This document shows, piece after piece, positions 23,612-24,000 of a stretch of DNA of 24,000 bases (positions are counted from its first letter, which is position 1; the number at the start of each line of letters is the position of its first letter). Under the pieces are notes generated by a model. The model was given only the letters and a program-made list of their open reading frames with translations. It was not told where the DNA came from and searched no databases. This DNA comes from Planctomycetota bacterium (GTDB lineage Bacteria; Planctomycetota; Phycisphaerae; Sedimentisphaerales; CAYZTY01), in the NCBI GenBank assembly GCA_043816955.1, contig JBDRHL010000104.1:3790-27789 (forward strand). Direction: 5' to 3'. The position numbers and the translations under genes are program-made.

Positions 23612-23700
23612 ACCCCCGCCCATGATACTGCATCATTTTTTCATCACCCCCATTTTTAGCTTGTAAACACGGTTCTATAGACTTCTTGTCCTGTTTTTCC
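23612..23700. repeat. Direct repeat copy B (att-like)
   Basis: It aligns to 15368-15458. The identical 35-bp core catttttagcttgtaaacacggttctatagacttc is at 23651-23685. Confidence 0.85.
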
Positions 23701-23794
23701 CACCAAGGCCCATATAGCAGGTTGTGCCTTTTTGCAGGCCTACCATGAACTTGCCGAGCTTCAAAGCCTGAAAATAAACGTCGCACAATTGAGG
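23699..23794 (-). pseudogene. Fragment of a second, diverged tape-measure-like gene fused to repeat B
   Basis: The plus-strand sequence ccaccaaggcccatatagc...tttttgcaggcc matches 17821-17860. The minus-strand translation LCDVYFQALKLGKFMVGLQKGTTCYMGLGG aligns with LQATYTASKAQKFGAFIEGLQKGATGYMGLGG of the 528-aa protein. An in-frame TGA lies just upstream at 23797..23795. Confidence 0.7.
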
Positions 23795-23919
23795 TCATGT
23801 GTACCCCATGATACATAGTTATTCGCGCTGTAGTATTAATATGGCAACAAGTGCAAGTTCATAAAACAATCCTTCCGATTTCAAAAAAGAAAATACTGTG
23901 CTGCTGCTTACGCGCCGGA

Positions 23920-24000
23920 TTACTCAAGCTTCAAACCCACCTCTTCGGCAAGATTCCTGATCGCTTCAATTGTCTGTGAAAAAAGCCCCGGCCCGGTGAA
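23920..24000 (-). CDS. 3' end of an unidentified gene running off the window end
   Basis: The frame is open from the window edge to TAA (23922..23920). Translation: FTGPGLFSQTIEAIRNLAEEVGLKLE. It is too short to identify. Confidence 0.3.
   Translation of the reverse strand, partial: FTGPGLFSQTIEAIRNLAEEVGLKLE

Larger units (their letters stand above)
15319..23700 (-). mobile_element. Phage-derived genomic island (satellite-like or reduced prophage) lacking integrase, terminase and portal
   Basis: A block of phage-type genes (15518-23090) is bracketed by ~90-bp direct repeats (15368-15458 and 23612-23700) and by TTGGCCAAAT motif clusters. It interrupts otherwise core division genes. Confidence 0.6.

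Noticed and set aside
1-24000. CRISPR arrays, rRNA and tRNA genes
   Set aside because: No regularly spaced direct repeats with unique spacers were seen. No rRNA-like conserved blocks or cloverleaf-compatible segments were recognised by eye. A covariance-model scan would be needed to be definitive.

Overview
The window has two parts. Host core, 1-15300: a cell-envelope and morphogenesis neighbourhood. On the plus strand it holds an orphan beta-class DNA methyltransferase, lnt, a HEAT-repeat lipoprotein, a coiled-coil membrane protein, a 56-aa membrane ORF and mreB-mreC-mreD-mrdA. The ftsK 5' part lies on the minus strand at the left edge. Converging tail-to-tail on mrdA is a short minus-strand dcw-type cluster: mraZ, a 69-aa ORF, rsmH, a LysM protein, an ftsL-like gene and ftsI. 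It stops after ftsI, with no mur/ftsW/ftsQAZ genes; rodA is also absent downstream of mrdA. Accessory part, about 15320-23800: a compact phage-derived island sits directly upstream of the predicted mraZ promoter and is co-oriented with it. One tightly packed minus-strand operon encodes an RHH/Cro-like protein, a 107-aa protein, an XRE-HTH/Zn protein, an HK97-type prohead protease, an HK97-type major capsid protein, a 150-aa protein, a 528-aa tape-measure-like protein, a Zn-ribbon/Gam-like protein, a membrane protein and an AT-rich HTH protein. A CI-like XRE repressor is divergent from it. I see no integrase, terminase, portal, tail-tube or lysis gene. The island is bracketed by ~90-bp imperfect direct repeats with a 35-bp identical core and by clusters of a near-palindromic TTGGCCAAAT motif. 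Repeat copy B is fused to a ~95-bp fragment of a diverged second tape-measure-like gene, which looks like the scar of an earlier related element. I consider this integrase-less, head-gene-bearing island (satellite-like or domesticated) the most interesting candidate. No rRNA, tRNA or CRISPR array was recognised. All functional calls rest on reading motifs in the translations; no database search was possible. Taxonomy cannot be assigned; a PVC/Planctomycetota-like origin is only a guess.
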